Virus record (IMG/VR): IMGVR_UViG_3300035666_000007 | Span: 34,035 to 98,034 of that record | From: a virus | Direction: 5' to 3' (one strand) | Length of the DNA stretch: 64,000 bases | Shown: positions 26,661 through 35,860 of the stretch, piece after piece | Position numbering within the stretch: position 1 is the stretch's first letter | How the letters are laid out: each line of letters opens with the position of its first letter | Notes under the pieces: model-generated | Database searches by the model: none | The model's input: the letters and a program-made list of their open reading frames with translations, nothing else | What the model was told of the DNA's origin: nothing | Made by a program: the position numbers and the translations under genes

Positions 26661-27060
26661 ATAGTTACAGATAGCGATTCCAGACAAATAGTTACAGATA
26701 GCGATTGTCACCTGATAGTTACAGATAGCGATTGTCACCTGATAGTTACAGATAGCAATTGTTGATAAATAGTTACAGATAGCGATTGCTATTTAATAGT
26801 TACAGATAGCAATTGTTGCATATCAGATAGCAATTGCCAGTAAATAGTTACAGATAGCGATTGTTGGCTAATAGTTACAGATAGTAATTGTTGCTTGATA
26901 GTTACAGATAGCGATTGTTATGTGTTAGACAGCAATGACTGATCAATAGTTACAGATAGTGATTGCTAGTAAATAGTTATAGATAGTGATTGTTATTTGA
27001 TAGTTACAGATAGCGATTGCTATTTGATAATAATAAATAGCGATTACTGGTAAATAGTTA
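26661..27060. repeat. tandem array B: about 15 copies of the 27-bp unit ATAGTTACAGATAGYRATTG-N7 (two units shortened to 21 bp)
   Basis: units start at 26661, 26688, 26715, 26742, 26769, 26796, 26823, 26844, 26871, 26898, 26925, 26946, 26973, 27000 and 27027. Confidence 0.97.
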
Positions 27061-27095
27061 TCACAAGCCCCGCGTTGGTGTTATCGAACACCAGC

Positions 27096-27147
27096 ACAGT
27101 TACCGATACAATTGCCAGTACAGTTGCTAATACAGTTACCGATACAG
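27096..27147. repeat. tandem array C: 4 copies of a 12-bp ACAGTTACCGAT-like unit
   Basis: ACAGTTACCGAT ACAATTGCCAGT ACAGTTGCTAAT ACAGTTACCGAT. Confidence 0.85.
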
Positions 27148-27269
27148 AGGCGGAAACAGTCCGGCTGTGGTGTCACCCCTTGTTGACACCAATGGTGCGG
27201 ATCGGTCCTATCCGTGGTAGGATCGGCAAAGCCGGAGGACCCCCTTTCCTCCCTCCGGCCCTTGGACCC

Positions 27270-27899
27270 ATGACCCGCACCACCAGCACCACCACCAGCA
27301 CCACGGAGCCCGCGCCCTCCGCCCTCATGGCGGAGTTGCTCGCCGCGTTCCATCAAGTCGCCGCCCAAGGCCCCAGCAAGCGCAGCAGCGCCGCCGCCGC
27401 TCCTGTCGATCCTTGGGAGGGTGTGACGCTCACCCTTGAGCAGGAGCGCGCCTTAATCAAGCTGGGTTGGCATCAGCAAGGCTGGACAGTCCGGGAGAAA
27501 GCCAGCCGCCAGGCCTTGCCGCCCCACCTAGCCAAAGCTGGCCCCCAACAGCCCGACGCCCGCAAGGTGGCGGAAGGCCTGGTAGACGTCCAGGGATTGG
27601 CCAACTGGAGCGCCTTAGGCATGATCTGCGCCCGCCTGGCTGCCTACGGCAAACTGCACGTTGGGGCCGTGGCGCAGGTCTTGGTGGCCACTGGAGCAGC
27701 CGGAGATTGGTCCGCCACGCCTGGCAAGTTTGCCTCAAAATTGGGATCCGTGTTGCGGGTGAAGATCACGCGAACGGGAGATGGCTACTACGAAGCCACC
27801 CCAAACGGCCATCAGCCCATGCACGACGTGCTAGCCCGTATGGCCGATGGCATCCTCAAACCAGCCCAGCCCGCCAAGCCCGCCAAGCCAGCCGACTGA
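27270..27899 (+). CDS. GC-rich hypothetical protein
   Basis: 209 aa from ATG 27270, after the hairpin GCCGGAGG...CCTCCGGC; T-rich N-terminus and PAK repeats at the C-terminus. Confidence 0.65.
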   Translation: MTRTTSTTTSTTEPAPSALMAELLAAFHQVAAQGPSKRSSAAAAPVDPWEGVTLTLEQERALIKLGWHQQGWTVREKASRQALPPHLAKAGPQQPDARKVAEGLVDVQGLANWSALGMICARLAAYGKLHVGAVAQVLVATGAAGDWSATPGKFASKLGSVLRVKITRTGDGYYEATPNGHQPMHDVLARMADGILKPAQPAKPAKPAD

Positions 27900-27965
27900 C
27901 CGCGCCCACCAGGGGGAGGACGCCCCTCCCCCACCCCTCCAAACCACACCGCCGCAGCTCCATCC

Positions 27966-28163
27966 ATGAATCAAGAACTCTTCATCACCCCCAATCACAC
28001 CCTCTTCATTTTCCAGCCTGTCTTTGATGGTTTTCAGGTTTCCATCCAAACGAACCACGAAAGGCCAAATGAAAGCGAACCTCTGACGCACTATGTACCA
28101 GCGAAAAAAGCCGAGCAGTTGCGATTTAGTCTCCTATTGCAAGGCGCACAAGAAATAACGTAA
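27966..28163 (+). CDS. hypothetical protein
   Basis: 65 aa, followed by the hairpin CCCGGTAG...CTACCGGG. Confidence 0.55.
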   Translation: MNQELFITPNHTLFIFQPVFDGFQVSIQTNHERPNESEPLTHYVPAKKAEQLRFSLLLQGAQEIT

Positions 28164-28461
28164 TAACTCAGTCTGGCCCGGTAGTTTGCACCCTACCGGG
28201 TCGCACCCTAAAGGTTGGAGGGGGGCAAGCCCTGCCTCCGAAGGGCAATGCGATACCCCCACCCTCAAATATTTTTTACCCATTACACCAGGCTTATACA
28301 CTTAACATATTCACCACTCTCTATTTTTAACTATAAAGAGTGGTATGGCTAAAAAATTTTTTGCTCTATTTTTCTGCAAACGCTGCTTCAATGTTGCCAC
28401 ACGAGACTTGCCCGACTTGAAGCGATCGAGTATTGTCACGGAGTCACTGAATTGACAATCA

Positions 28462-28776
28462 ATGAACCCGACTGGCGATCCATCGATCTCTGAGGCCATC
28501 GACCCTTGGGCGCACCGCTCTCAGAACATGCGCTGCAAGTCGTGCATGTGGTTTGCACCAAAGAAGAACGAGCAAGGCGTAATCGACATTGGGCGTTGTC
28601 GGCGTCATGCGCCAACCATGAACGGATTTCCTGTTGTGTTTGTAAATGATTGGTGCGGGGACCATAGGCTAAATGAAAATTATTCAGCCTGCGCCCTTGC
28701 TGATGGTGCAACCGTTTTGACGCCCTTGCTGATAGCGAACCCGCTTCACGGAAAGCACTCATCCGTGAGCCATTAA
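28462..28776 (+). CDS. Cys-rich metal-binding phage protein
   Basis: CKSCMWF...GRCRRHAP...FPVV...DWCGDH. Confidence 0.7.
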   Translation: MNPTGDPSISEAIDPWAHRSQNMRCKSCMWFAPKKNEQGVIDIGRCRRHAPTMNGFPVVFVNDWCGDHRLNENYSACALADGATVLTPLLIANPLHGKHSSVSH

Positions 28777-28807
28777 CGCAACAATCGATCAACTATCAAA
28801 TCAAAAC

Positions 28808-30538
28808 ATGGCCATGAAGTCCCCAATTGATTCACGCTTTCGTGTTGAAACTCTTAACGCAACTCTCAATCCGCAAACAACTGTTTGGTGCGCAATGCAC
28901 CAAGACTACTCTGAGGAATTTGTTTTTGACGAAACTGCTCCAAGCGAGAAGCGTGCTGGCGAAATCATCGTCAAGCGGTTGCTTTCTGGGGAGAAGGGGC
29001 ATTACGGCTGCTATTCAGCTGACACTGAAGTTCTGACGGCAAATGGTTGGGTTAAGTGGCCAAATGTTGAGCCTTCAATGGCCTTGGCCGCTGTTGACAT
29101 CGAAACAGGTGCAATCCGCTTCGAGCATCCGACTGGACTGCAACGCGTGCCATTTGCAGACGGGGACAAGCTCTATTGCTTGCAGTCGCAAAAACTTGAC
29201 ATGGCCGTGACACAAGACCATCGCATGGCTGTTTCACACCATCACAAGAGCAATGCTTGGAGCAATTGGCATTTCACAACTGCAGCAGAAGTTGCAGGCA
29301 GAACCGTTCGCTATAGACTCGCCGGAGAATTGCAAGAGCGCAAAATCCCCGACGACTGCCCTAGCGGCGTTGATTTGGTGCAGTTGTTCAAAATCGCTGG
29401 ATTTTTCTTTGGTTATGGCTGCCGCAGCAAGAACCAAGGACCGGGTTGCTTGCGCCTTGGGCTGCGACAAGTACGCAAAATTGCCTATCGATACAGCTAT
29501 GGTTTTGATATTGAGAGCAAGCAAAGTGATCGACTTACGCTGAAAAACAGCAAGGTTGCTGAATGGGTGCATCGCCACTTTGCGACAGAGAATGGCAAGG
29601 CGATCCCATCATTTGTAATGCACTTGCCAGTTGCCTTGTTTGAAGCGTTTGCAGATGGGCTCAGGAACAGTGATGGAACGCCCAAAGGAGCCACTTGGGC
29701 CCTCGACTCCACCGAGAAAGCCTCTCTCGATATACTGCAGGCTGCTTTTCATCTCAATGGGCAAGCGGCATCTCTGAGTCTCAATAACCCAAATGAAGAC
29801 GAAGAACGCGAAAACCACACGCCAAGCTGGAGAATTCATATTTCATGTCACGAACCATTCGCACTTGCTGAAGTTGGGCAAAAAGGAGGAACCCGAGGAA
29901 GCGAACAACTGCTTCCGTATCAAGGAGATGTCTATTGCGCCACCGTGTCAACAGGTGCGCTCCTGGTGAGGCGAAACGGCAAGCCGGTGGTGTGCGGCAA
30001 CTGCCTGGAACATCCACAAATCACGTTGAATGCCGGTTGGTTTCCGCACTCCGTCATGCAACAGGCGAGAACTCACCGCGTTGGGGTGAGTTTTGACTGT
30101 CAGTCTTTTCGTTACACGAGCGAGCGCATTCTCAATGTGGCAAGTGGAAAAAGAGAGATCGAAGAAGTCTTTTACTTGCGCCCCGAGGGTTTCTACTCTG
30201 ACAGGCAAGGGAAAAAGTACGAATACACAAAAGATATGCGGATTATTGATATTGCTCGTGCGTATGACGCTGCTGGACACTATGCGCATCAGATTCGTCA
30301 AGGCATGGCAGAAGAGCAGGCCAGGGGGCTTTTGCCATTCGACACCAGGCAGCACTTTGTTGTGAGCTTCTCGCTGCGAGCACTACTTCATTTTCTTGAT
30401 TTGCGCAGCAAACTGGATGCACAAATGGAGATTCGACATTTGTGTGATCTCATGTGGCCGCACTTGCAGGTATGGACACCTGATGTTGCCGAATGGTACA
30501 AAACGACTCGACTGCACAAAGCTCGCCTTGCACCCTGA
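28808..30538 (+). CDS. thyX: flavin-dependent thymidylate synthase, intein-containing
   Basis: GHYG|CLEH reconstituted after splicing; QQARTHRVGVSFDCQSFRY, EQARGLLP, AQMEIR; mature protein 245 aa. Confidence 0.93.
   Translation: MAMKSPIDSRFRVETLNATLNPQTTVWCAMHQDYSEEFVFDETAPSEKRAGEIIVKRLLSGEKGHYGCYSADTEVLTANGWVKWPNVEPSMALAAVDIETGAIRFEHPTGLQRVPFADGDKLYCLQSQKLDMAVTQDHRMAVSHHHKSNAWSNWHFTTAAEVAGRTVRYRLAGELQERKIPDDCPSGVDLVQLFKIAGFFFGYGCRSKNQGPGCLRLGLRQVRKIAYRYSYGFDIESKQSDRLTLKNSKVAEWVHRHFATENGKAIPSFVMHLPVALFEAFADGLRNSDGTPKGATWALDSTEKASLDILQAAFHLNGQAASLSLNNPNEDEERENHTPSWRIHISCHEPFALAEVGQKGGTRGSEQLLPYQGDVYCATVSTGALLVRRNGKPVVCGNCLEHPQITLNAGWFPHSVMQQARTHRVGVSFDCQSFRYTSERILNVASGKREIEEVFYLRPEGFYSDRQGKKYEYTKDMRIIDIARAYDAAGHYAHQIRQGMAEEQARGLLPFDTRQHFVVSFSLRALLHFLDLRSKLDAQMEIRHLCDLMWPHLQVWTPDVAEWYKTTRLHKARLAP
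29009..30001 (+). mobile_element. 331-aa intein with a degenerate LAGLIDADG homing endonuclease
   Basis: starts CYSADTEVLTANGW; block B VTQDHRM; ends VYCATVSTGALLVRRNGKPVVCGN followed by Cys+1. Confidence 0.93.
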
Positions 30539-30581
30539 CGCGCAGGAGGGGCTACCGTGCGTCTAGTGATCAAGCGGTAGT

Positions 30582-31982
30582 TTGCCAACAAAAGCCCGAA
30601 GCATGAGGTATGCCGACAAAGCGGCACTCCAAACGCTCGGGCTTTTTCATGACTCCTCGCTAATTAAAAAGTTCAAATCGCAAAACTATACCAGTTTCGA
30701 CCCAGAGATCTGCGAAAAAAGAATTATTGAAGACCTGCTGCCACATCAGCGAGATTTTGTTTGCGATTTTGACCACAGGTATGTGCTTTATGTTGGAGGT
30801 CTTGGGGCTGGAAAATCGTATAGTTCAGTAGCAAAAGCCTTGCTATTGGCCTTCCGCTCGCCTGGGGAGCAGCACATATATTTAGAGCCAACATTTCCAA
30901 TGATTAAGCAGGTGGCTTTGCCTACCTGGTTCAAAGTGATGAATAAATATGATATACCACATACTTTTCGTACCGCACCCTCGCCTGAAATTATCTTAAA
31001 ACTGCCCAAGGGCGATACGCAGATCCTTTTGCTGCCGCTTTTGAACTATGAGCGCTTGGTGGGCATCAACGCCGCCTCGCTGGTTATTGACGAGGCGGAC
31101 ACGGTCAAGCAAGAGGTGGCAGAGGCGGCCCTGGTGAAGCTGCAGGGGCGGGTTCGGGTCGGAAATTGCCCCCAAATTTGCTTTGCATCCACGCCTGAGG
31201 GGCGAAAATTTATTTGGAATTTTTTTGAAAAAGAAAAAACTGACGACAAGTGTCTTTATCGTGCAGATACAAGAGAAAATCCTTATCTGCAAGATGGATA
31301 TGTCACCGACTTGCTCGAAAAATATCCACCCCATCTGGTTGACGCCTATGTTAGAGGGCTATTCACCAACCTTGAAACTGCAACTGTTTTCTCGGAATTC
31401 AATCGTGAGGTCAATTCTTCAAGAATTTTCCACGCAGAAGACGGAGAAGTCATCCTTGTTGGAGCGGACTTCAACATTGGAAAATGTTCAAGTGTTTATG
31501 GCGTTATGCGCAACTCAGATAGAGGTCAGTCGCTGAATCTGTTTGACGAAGTCGTCGTAAGAGATACTTTCTCGCTGGCCGAGCATATTAAGCGCAAGTT
31601 TACCAGGCATGTTGCCAGGGGTATGGTGATTGTTTACCCGGACAGTTCTGGATCACACGCAAGCACGTCGTCAACACAGAGTGATCACGACATCTTAAGA
31701 GAAGCAGGGCTGAAAGTTGTCGCAGACAAGCGCAATCCACCTATTGCCGAGACAGTGGCGATGGTTAACAATTATTTGCATAAAAAACAAATTCTTGTCA
31801 ACGCTGCCACCTGCGGTGACACGGTCGAAATGATGGAAAGCTGGGCCTATGACGGTACGCTTAAGCCGAGCAAGGGGGGCGCAAACGATCATTCTCACTT
31901 TGGAGACGCAGTTCGCTATCTTGTATGGCAATCTATGCCTCGACCTGCGGCTGGACTTGGAAGAGGACAAAGGTGGAGATAG
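30582..31982 (+). CDS. terL: terminase large subunit
   Basis: Walker A GGLGAGKS, Walker B LVIDEAD, STPEG, nuclease motifs GADFN, YPDSSG, HFGDAVRY. Confidence 0.93.
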   Translation: MPTKARSMRYADKAALQTLGLFHDSSLIKKFKSQNYTSFDPEICEKRIIEDLLPHQRDFVCDFDHRYVLYVGGLGAGKSYSSVAKALLLAFRSPGEQHIYLEPTFPMIKQVALPTWFKVMNKYDIPHTFRTAPSPEIILKLPKGDTQILLLPLLNYERLVGINAASLVIDEADTVKQEVAEAALVKLQGRVRVGNCPQICFASTPEGRKFIWNFFEKEKTDDKCLYRADTRENPYLQDGYVTDLLEKYPPHLVDAYVRGLFTNLETATVFSEFNREVNSSRIFHAEDGEVILVGADFNIGKCSSVYGVMRNSDRGQSLNLFDEVVVRDTFSLAEHIKRKFTRHVARGMVIVYPDSSGSHASTSSTQSDHDILREAGLKVVADKRNPPIAETVAMVNNYLHKKQILVNAATCGDTVEMMESWAYDGTLKPSKGGANDHSHFGDAVRYLVWQSMPRPAAGLGRGQRWR

Positions 31983-32106
31983 GTATTATCTGCAAAATAG
32001 CTGCTCCCGCCTGTACTCTGCTTGCGCACTTGCTTTTAGGCCTTGCATTGTGAGAGCAGTTTAATCGAGGCTAAGGCTACGATGAAGTAGGCACTTTGGC
32101 GCAATC

Positions 32107-33813
32107 GTGGTACTCACACCTGGCTCACTGATCCCCAACGCTGACGACCAGCTTGGTCTTGACCCATTCGAGCGTCGCCATCCCGAAATTGAAGCCAATG
32201 TTGAAGGGGTCACAGGCGTTGCTGAGTATTCAATCGAACAGGCCCAGCAACTCGCAAGGCTGGCCCCTATTCGCTACTGCACGCTTCCAGAGTTTTACCT
32301 GGAAGAGGCGACAGAAGCATATATCCCGTCCGACTACCTTGAAGAGAAAGATAGTTATAATGTCAGAAAAACAAGAGCACAAAGCAGCTTTGAGCCATTT
32401 TACTGCTCGCTTCGCTCACTGACGGTTGGCACCGCGCTCCGAAAAGGTATCGGATTGCCCGAGAATGTTGGGGAAGAATGGGGCACGTTCTTTGATGATT
32501 GCGACCTTGAAGGTCATTCGCTTGTTTCGTTTTGCAAAGAAGCGTTTACTTCTGCCATTGACGACGGAGTCGCTGGGCTTTGGGTTGAGTACCCCAAGAT
32601 TTCTGCAAATATTTCCGCACGCGAAGAGCAGCTTATCAATGCCCGCCCGTATTTGGTTCTCCTCAAATGTGATCAGGTGCTCGACTGCAGGCACGATATT
32701 TATACGGCAGAAATTTTGGGGCGAACTTTGTTTGGCTCATTTCCGACCTACCTGCGCATCAAGAGCGAAATTCGTCGCCCAAGTGAATCAAATGAATTTT
32801 TTGAAGAAGTCTTACCTGCCGTTTTGGTCTACGACATCAAGCAGACGGCATACTCCGAAACAGGTGACATTGTTGAAGTGATGGCCACAGGAGAAAACAC
32901 AAAAAAACGCGTGAGATGTCGCACCTATGTTAAGCAAAACGTGCCAGGGAATACAGACAAGTACATCCTTGACAGCACAAGCTATCTTTCTATCCCATTT
33001 ATTCCTTTTGTTCCCGTATTTGGGGGCAAAAAAGAAGCTTATTTCCGCGCCCGCCCGCTTCTTCTCGACATTGCACGTCTAAACTTGCATCACTGGGCAG
33101 TTTCCGCTGATCTGGCGGAATCAATTCACCTGACTGCGTCGCCAATTTTGACCATGACGGGTGTTCGAGCCAACGACGAAATACGAGCAGGGAGCGGTCG
33201 CTCTTTGTCATCCGAGAATTCAGATGCAAAATTTGGAATGATGTCGGCTTCCATGGATGGAGCCGAAGTTACAATTAAAAACTTGCAGCGACTTGAAAAA
33301 TCAATGGAGCGGCTGGCTGCAGTTGCGATGACAACTGGCAAGACCCAGGCGGAGTCTGGCTTTGCAAAGTTGCTTGATCGATCGCAAAGTGATTCGCAGC
33401 TTGCCGTGCTGGTTCAATCACTGGAGGATGCGCTGAACAGGGCCCTGCTTTACGCTGCAACGTATCGACAATTCTCCGAAGTGCGCGTAACAATCAGTAA
33501 AAACTTTATCCCGGTCAAGCTGCACTCTCAGCAAGTCATGGCATACAGCGCCCTGTTCAAAGACAATGTCATGCCGCTTGGGCTATTTATGCGTATGTTG
33601 GAAGCTGGAGAGCTTTTTGAGGGCATTCCAGACTTCAGCATCGGTGACACGTTGCAAGCCATGGGGCTCAATGGGCGAGAAACGGCTAGGGATCTTGGGC
33701 TCGGCACACCCAGGGGGTCCGGCGAGGGCGTTGTGGTTGACAACAACGGGCCATTGAGCGAGGGGGCTGACAGGGAGAATGGCGAACCCGGCATTGAAGC
33801 AACTGAAGCTTGA
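32107..33813 (+). CDS. portal protein (DUF4055-like)
   Basis: follows TerL; 568 aa; IPFVP...PLLLDIARLNLHHW..SAD. Confidence 0.88.
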   Translation: MVLTPGSLIPNADDQLGLDPFERRHPEIEANVEGVTGVAEYSIEQAQQLARLAPIRYCTLPEFYLEEATEAYIPSDYLEEKDSYNVRKTRAQSSFEPFYCSLRSLTVGTALRKGIGLPENVGEEWGTFFDDCDLEGHSLVSFCKEAFTSAIDDGVAGLWVEYPKISANISAREEQLINARPYLVLLKCDQVLDCRHDIYTAEILGRTLFGSFPTYLRIKSEIRRPSESNEFFEEVLPAVLVYDIKQTAYSETGDIVEVMATGENTKKRVRCRTYVKQNVPGNTDKYILDSTSYLSIPFIPFVPVFGGKKEAYFRARPLLLDIARLNLHHWAVSADLAESIHLTASPILTMTGVRANDEIRAGSGRSLSSENSDAKFGMMSASMDGAEVTIKNLQRLEKSMERLAAVAMTTGKTQAESGFAKLLDRSQSDSQLAVLVQSLEDALNRALLYAATYRQFSEVRVTISKNFIPVKLHSQQVMAYSALFKDNVMPLGLFMRMLEAGELFEGIPDFSIGDTLQAMGLNGRETARDLGLGTPRGSGEGVVVDNNGPLSEGADRENGEPGIEATEA

Positions 33814-33844
33814 GGTATGCTTGGTCCAATCCGTTTCCCCGGTT

Positions 33845-34714
33845 ATGCCATTTGAGAACCTTGAAGAAGCCAACGCTGCATTCGACGAGCTGCAAGAGCG
33901 CCTGAGCAAGTCTGAAAGCGAGAACTCGAAACTCAAGGCGACCAAGCAAGGACTGATTGCAGATCTGAAGAAAAAAAAGAGTGTTGACTCTTTTTTGCGT
34001 GTTGCCGGCATTGAACTCAAGCCCGATGCGGCCGAAGAGGAGATTGCTGAGCAGATCGCTGCGCTCAGGACTCCTGCGCCCAGTGGCGACGAAGCCACAC
34101 CCCCGCCGGATCCCCTCCAGGCCGCCTCTCCCGATCCGTCCACGCCATCACAGCCTGGCTCACCACCCACGCCCGCTGACGCCATGAGCGCGGCGCTGCA
34201 GGGCAAGCTGGCCTCCATGGAGAAGCAGAACGAAAGCCTGGCCAAGCTGGTGCAACAGATCACCCAGGAGCGGGACGAAGAGCGTGCTCAGCGTCGCGAG
34301 GCACGCCTTGAGCGGAAAATTCTTGACGAACTCGCCAAGGCCGAATGCCGCCGCCCCAGCCACTTGTTCAAGCTTGAGCGAGAGAATTTTGATTTGCTTG
34401 ACGACGGAGATACTGTAATGTATCGAGTCGGAGAAGAACTCATGCCTCTCCGTGACGCAATTTCCAAATTGAAGGACGACGAAGAATATTCTGTTTACTT
34501 CAATGGATCAGGCGCTACTGGATCTGGACTCCCGCCCGGTCGCGCCACGTCGCATGTCGCCATGAACAATCCGTTTGCGGTCGGCTCTGTCAATGCCACA
34601 CAGGCTGCGGCGCTGTTTAACGACAAGCCGGAGCAAGCAAAGCAGTTGATCGGCCAAGCTCGGGCAGCTGGCAAACTCGATCCCACAATGGCAAAAGTAT
34701 TTGCTAGCGCCTGA
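33845..34714 (+). CDS. capsid scaffolding protein
   Basis: coiled coil, Pro-rich linker, GATGSG...NPF C-terminus; lies between portal and capsid. Confidence 0.75.
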   Translation: MPFENLEEANAAFDELQERLSKSESENSKLKATKQGLIADLKKKKSVDSFLRVAGIELKPDAAEEEIAEQIAALRTPAPSGDEATPPPDPLQAASPDPSTPSQPGSPPTPADAMSAALQGKLASMEKQNESLAKLVQQITQERDEERAQRREARLERKILDELAKAECRRPSHLFKLERENFDLLDDGDTVMYRVGEELMPLRDAISKLKDDEEYSVYFNGSGATGSGLPPGRATSHVAMNNPFAVGSVNATQAAALFNDKPEQAKQLIGQARAAGKLDPTMAKVFASA

Positions 34715-34735
34715 TCTTGTCTTGCTGTGCCTGAC

Positions 34736-34761
34736 AGCCCTCGGCTTCGGTCGAGGGCTTT
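34736..34761 (+). terminator. stem-loop with a cUUCGg tetraloop after the scaffold gene
   Basis: AGCCCTCGGC-TTCG-GTCGAGGGCT-TT. Confidence 0.7.
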
Positions 34762-34801
34762 ATCATGTCTGCAGGTATTCATTGACCTGCGACAAACAGC
34801 A

Positions 34802-34954
34802 ATGGCCAAGTCAGGACTTTATTCAAATATTAACGCCAAGCGCAAACGCATTGCCGCAGGCTCAAAAGAAAGAAAGGCCCGCCCTGGCGAAAAAGGCTAT
34901 CCAGCTCGCGGAGCGTTTAAGCGCGCTGCAAAAACTGCTAAGAAAAAGCAATGA
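34802..34954 (+). CDS. 50-aa highly basic protein
   Basis: GLYSNINAKRKRIAAGSKE...PGEKGYP...AAKTAKK. Confidence 0.75.
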   Translation: MAKSGLYSNINAKRKRIAAGSKERKARPGEKGYPARGAFKRAAKTAKKKQ

Positions 34955-35284
34955 GCATTCCTGACCGCGTCAAAAACAAGATGAAGGAGCTAGGAGTTTC
35001 TGGGGGTAAATAAGCCCAAGCGAACTCCAGGGCATCCCACAAAGTCGCATGTCGTCGTAGCAAAAGAAGGAGATACTTACAAGGTGATTCGATTTGGGCA
35101 GCAAGGTGTTGAAGGTGCCGGCTCGAATCCAAAAACAAAAGCGGAAAAAGCGCGTCGTACCAGCTATTATGCAAGGCACAATGCACAAGGAAAGCCCACA
35201 ACTAAGTTAAGCGCAAAATACTGGAGCCATAAGGTAAAATGGGGTGTAATTTTATTTTTCATCCCTTTTAATCATTTCCTTTAG
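34951..35284 (+). pseudogene. conserved basic phage protein split by a +1 frameshift in a G5 run (35002-35006)
   Basis: MSIPDRVKNKMKELGVSG joins VNKPKRTPGHPTKSHVVVAKEG...IRFGQQG...YWSHKVKW if one G is removed. Confidence 0.8.
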
Positions 35285-35443
35285 CTCAACCACGTATCGC
35301 CTTAGCTCCCCTGCTTTCAGCAAATGCCACTCATCAAGAGTCTGAAAATACATTTCATTGTGATTGTCGATACCTTTTAGGCAGCAGCGGACAACCTCGT
35401 TCCACTTTTCCCTGGCCGGCGTATTCCACGTGCGTCGCTCCAC
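35252..35443 (-). CDS. conserved small protein, antisense within the head module
   Basis: WNTPAREKWN...IDNHN...WHLLKA..LRRYVVELK. Confidence 0.7.
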   Translation of the reverse strand: MERRTWNTPAREKWNEVVRCCLKGIDNHNEMYFQTLDEWHLLKAGELRRYVVELKEMIKRDEK

Positions 35444-35521
35444 CCTTGACTCTTGCTCGCTACTACAAGGCTAGAAGGGCCCGGCGGTGTCTATTGTGAA
35501 TTAGAGCGCTTAACTCTCGTC

Positions 35522-35812
35522 ATGACCCTCAAGACCGATCGCAACGTTATTGGACGGCAGGTCACTACCGCCGTGGAAGAAGTGATTACGGCTCTTCACG
35601 TTGCTATTGATGCCGGCATCGCCAGTGGCAGTATTTATGTGATGCCCGCCGCTTTCACTCGCACTGACTTGGTGGCACTGTTCGCAGGTCTGCCGACCGT
35701 GACCGGCACGCGAACCCTGGACATCAGTGGCACCACCGGGAATGCCACCGTAAGCTCCGCCGAAAAACTGGTTGCTACCGGGAAGGGCTGGACCCTCGAC
35801 ACGACGCCCTGA
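35522..35812 (+). CDS. putative head decoration or structural protein
   Basis: 96 aa A/T/G-rich, ends ATGKGWTL. Confidence 0.6.
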   Translation: MTLKTDRNVIGRQVTTAVEEVITALHVAIDAGIASGSIYVMPAAFTRTDLVALFAGLPTVTGTRTLDISGTTGNATVSSAEKLVATGKGWTLDTTP

Positions 35813-35831
35813 GCCTGATTCGATCAAATTC

Positions 35832-35860
35832 GCCTCCCAGTCTTTCTGGGAGGCTTTTTT
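35832..35860 (+). terminator. intrinsic terminator
   Basis: GCCTCCCAG-TCTTT-CTGGGAGGC-T6. Confidence 0.85.

Noticed and set aside
26387-26765. ORF-track proteins inside the arrays (HSRFAF and IVTDSDC repeats)
   Set aside because: These are by-products of the repeats. The IVTDSDC frame hits stops in several later units and the other frames I checked are also closed.
26661-27060. CRISPR or TIGR-like guide array
   Set aside because: The variable part is only about 7 nt, partly mirrors the constant part, and is identical in units 2 and 3. No cas or Nop-domain gene is recognisable nearby.
26661-27060. RpaB HLR1 or NtcA boxes in array B
   Set aside because: Each unit has only one GTTACA half-site, with no second half-site at HLR1 spacing and no GTA-N8-TAC.
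27075-27269. N-terminal extension of the 274-aa ORF
   Set aside because: It runs through repeat array C and a promoter-hairpin leader; ATG 27270 is more plausible.
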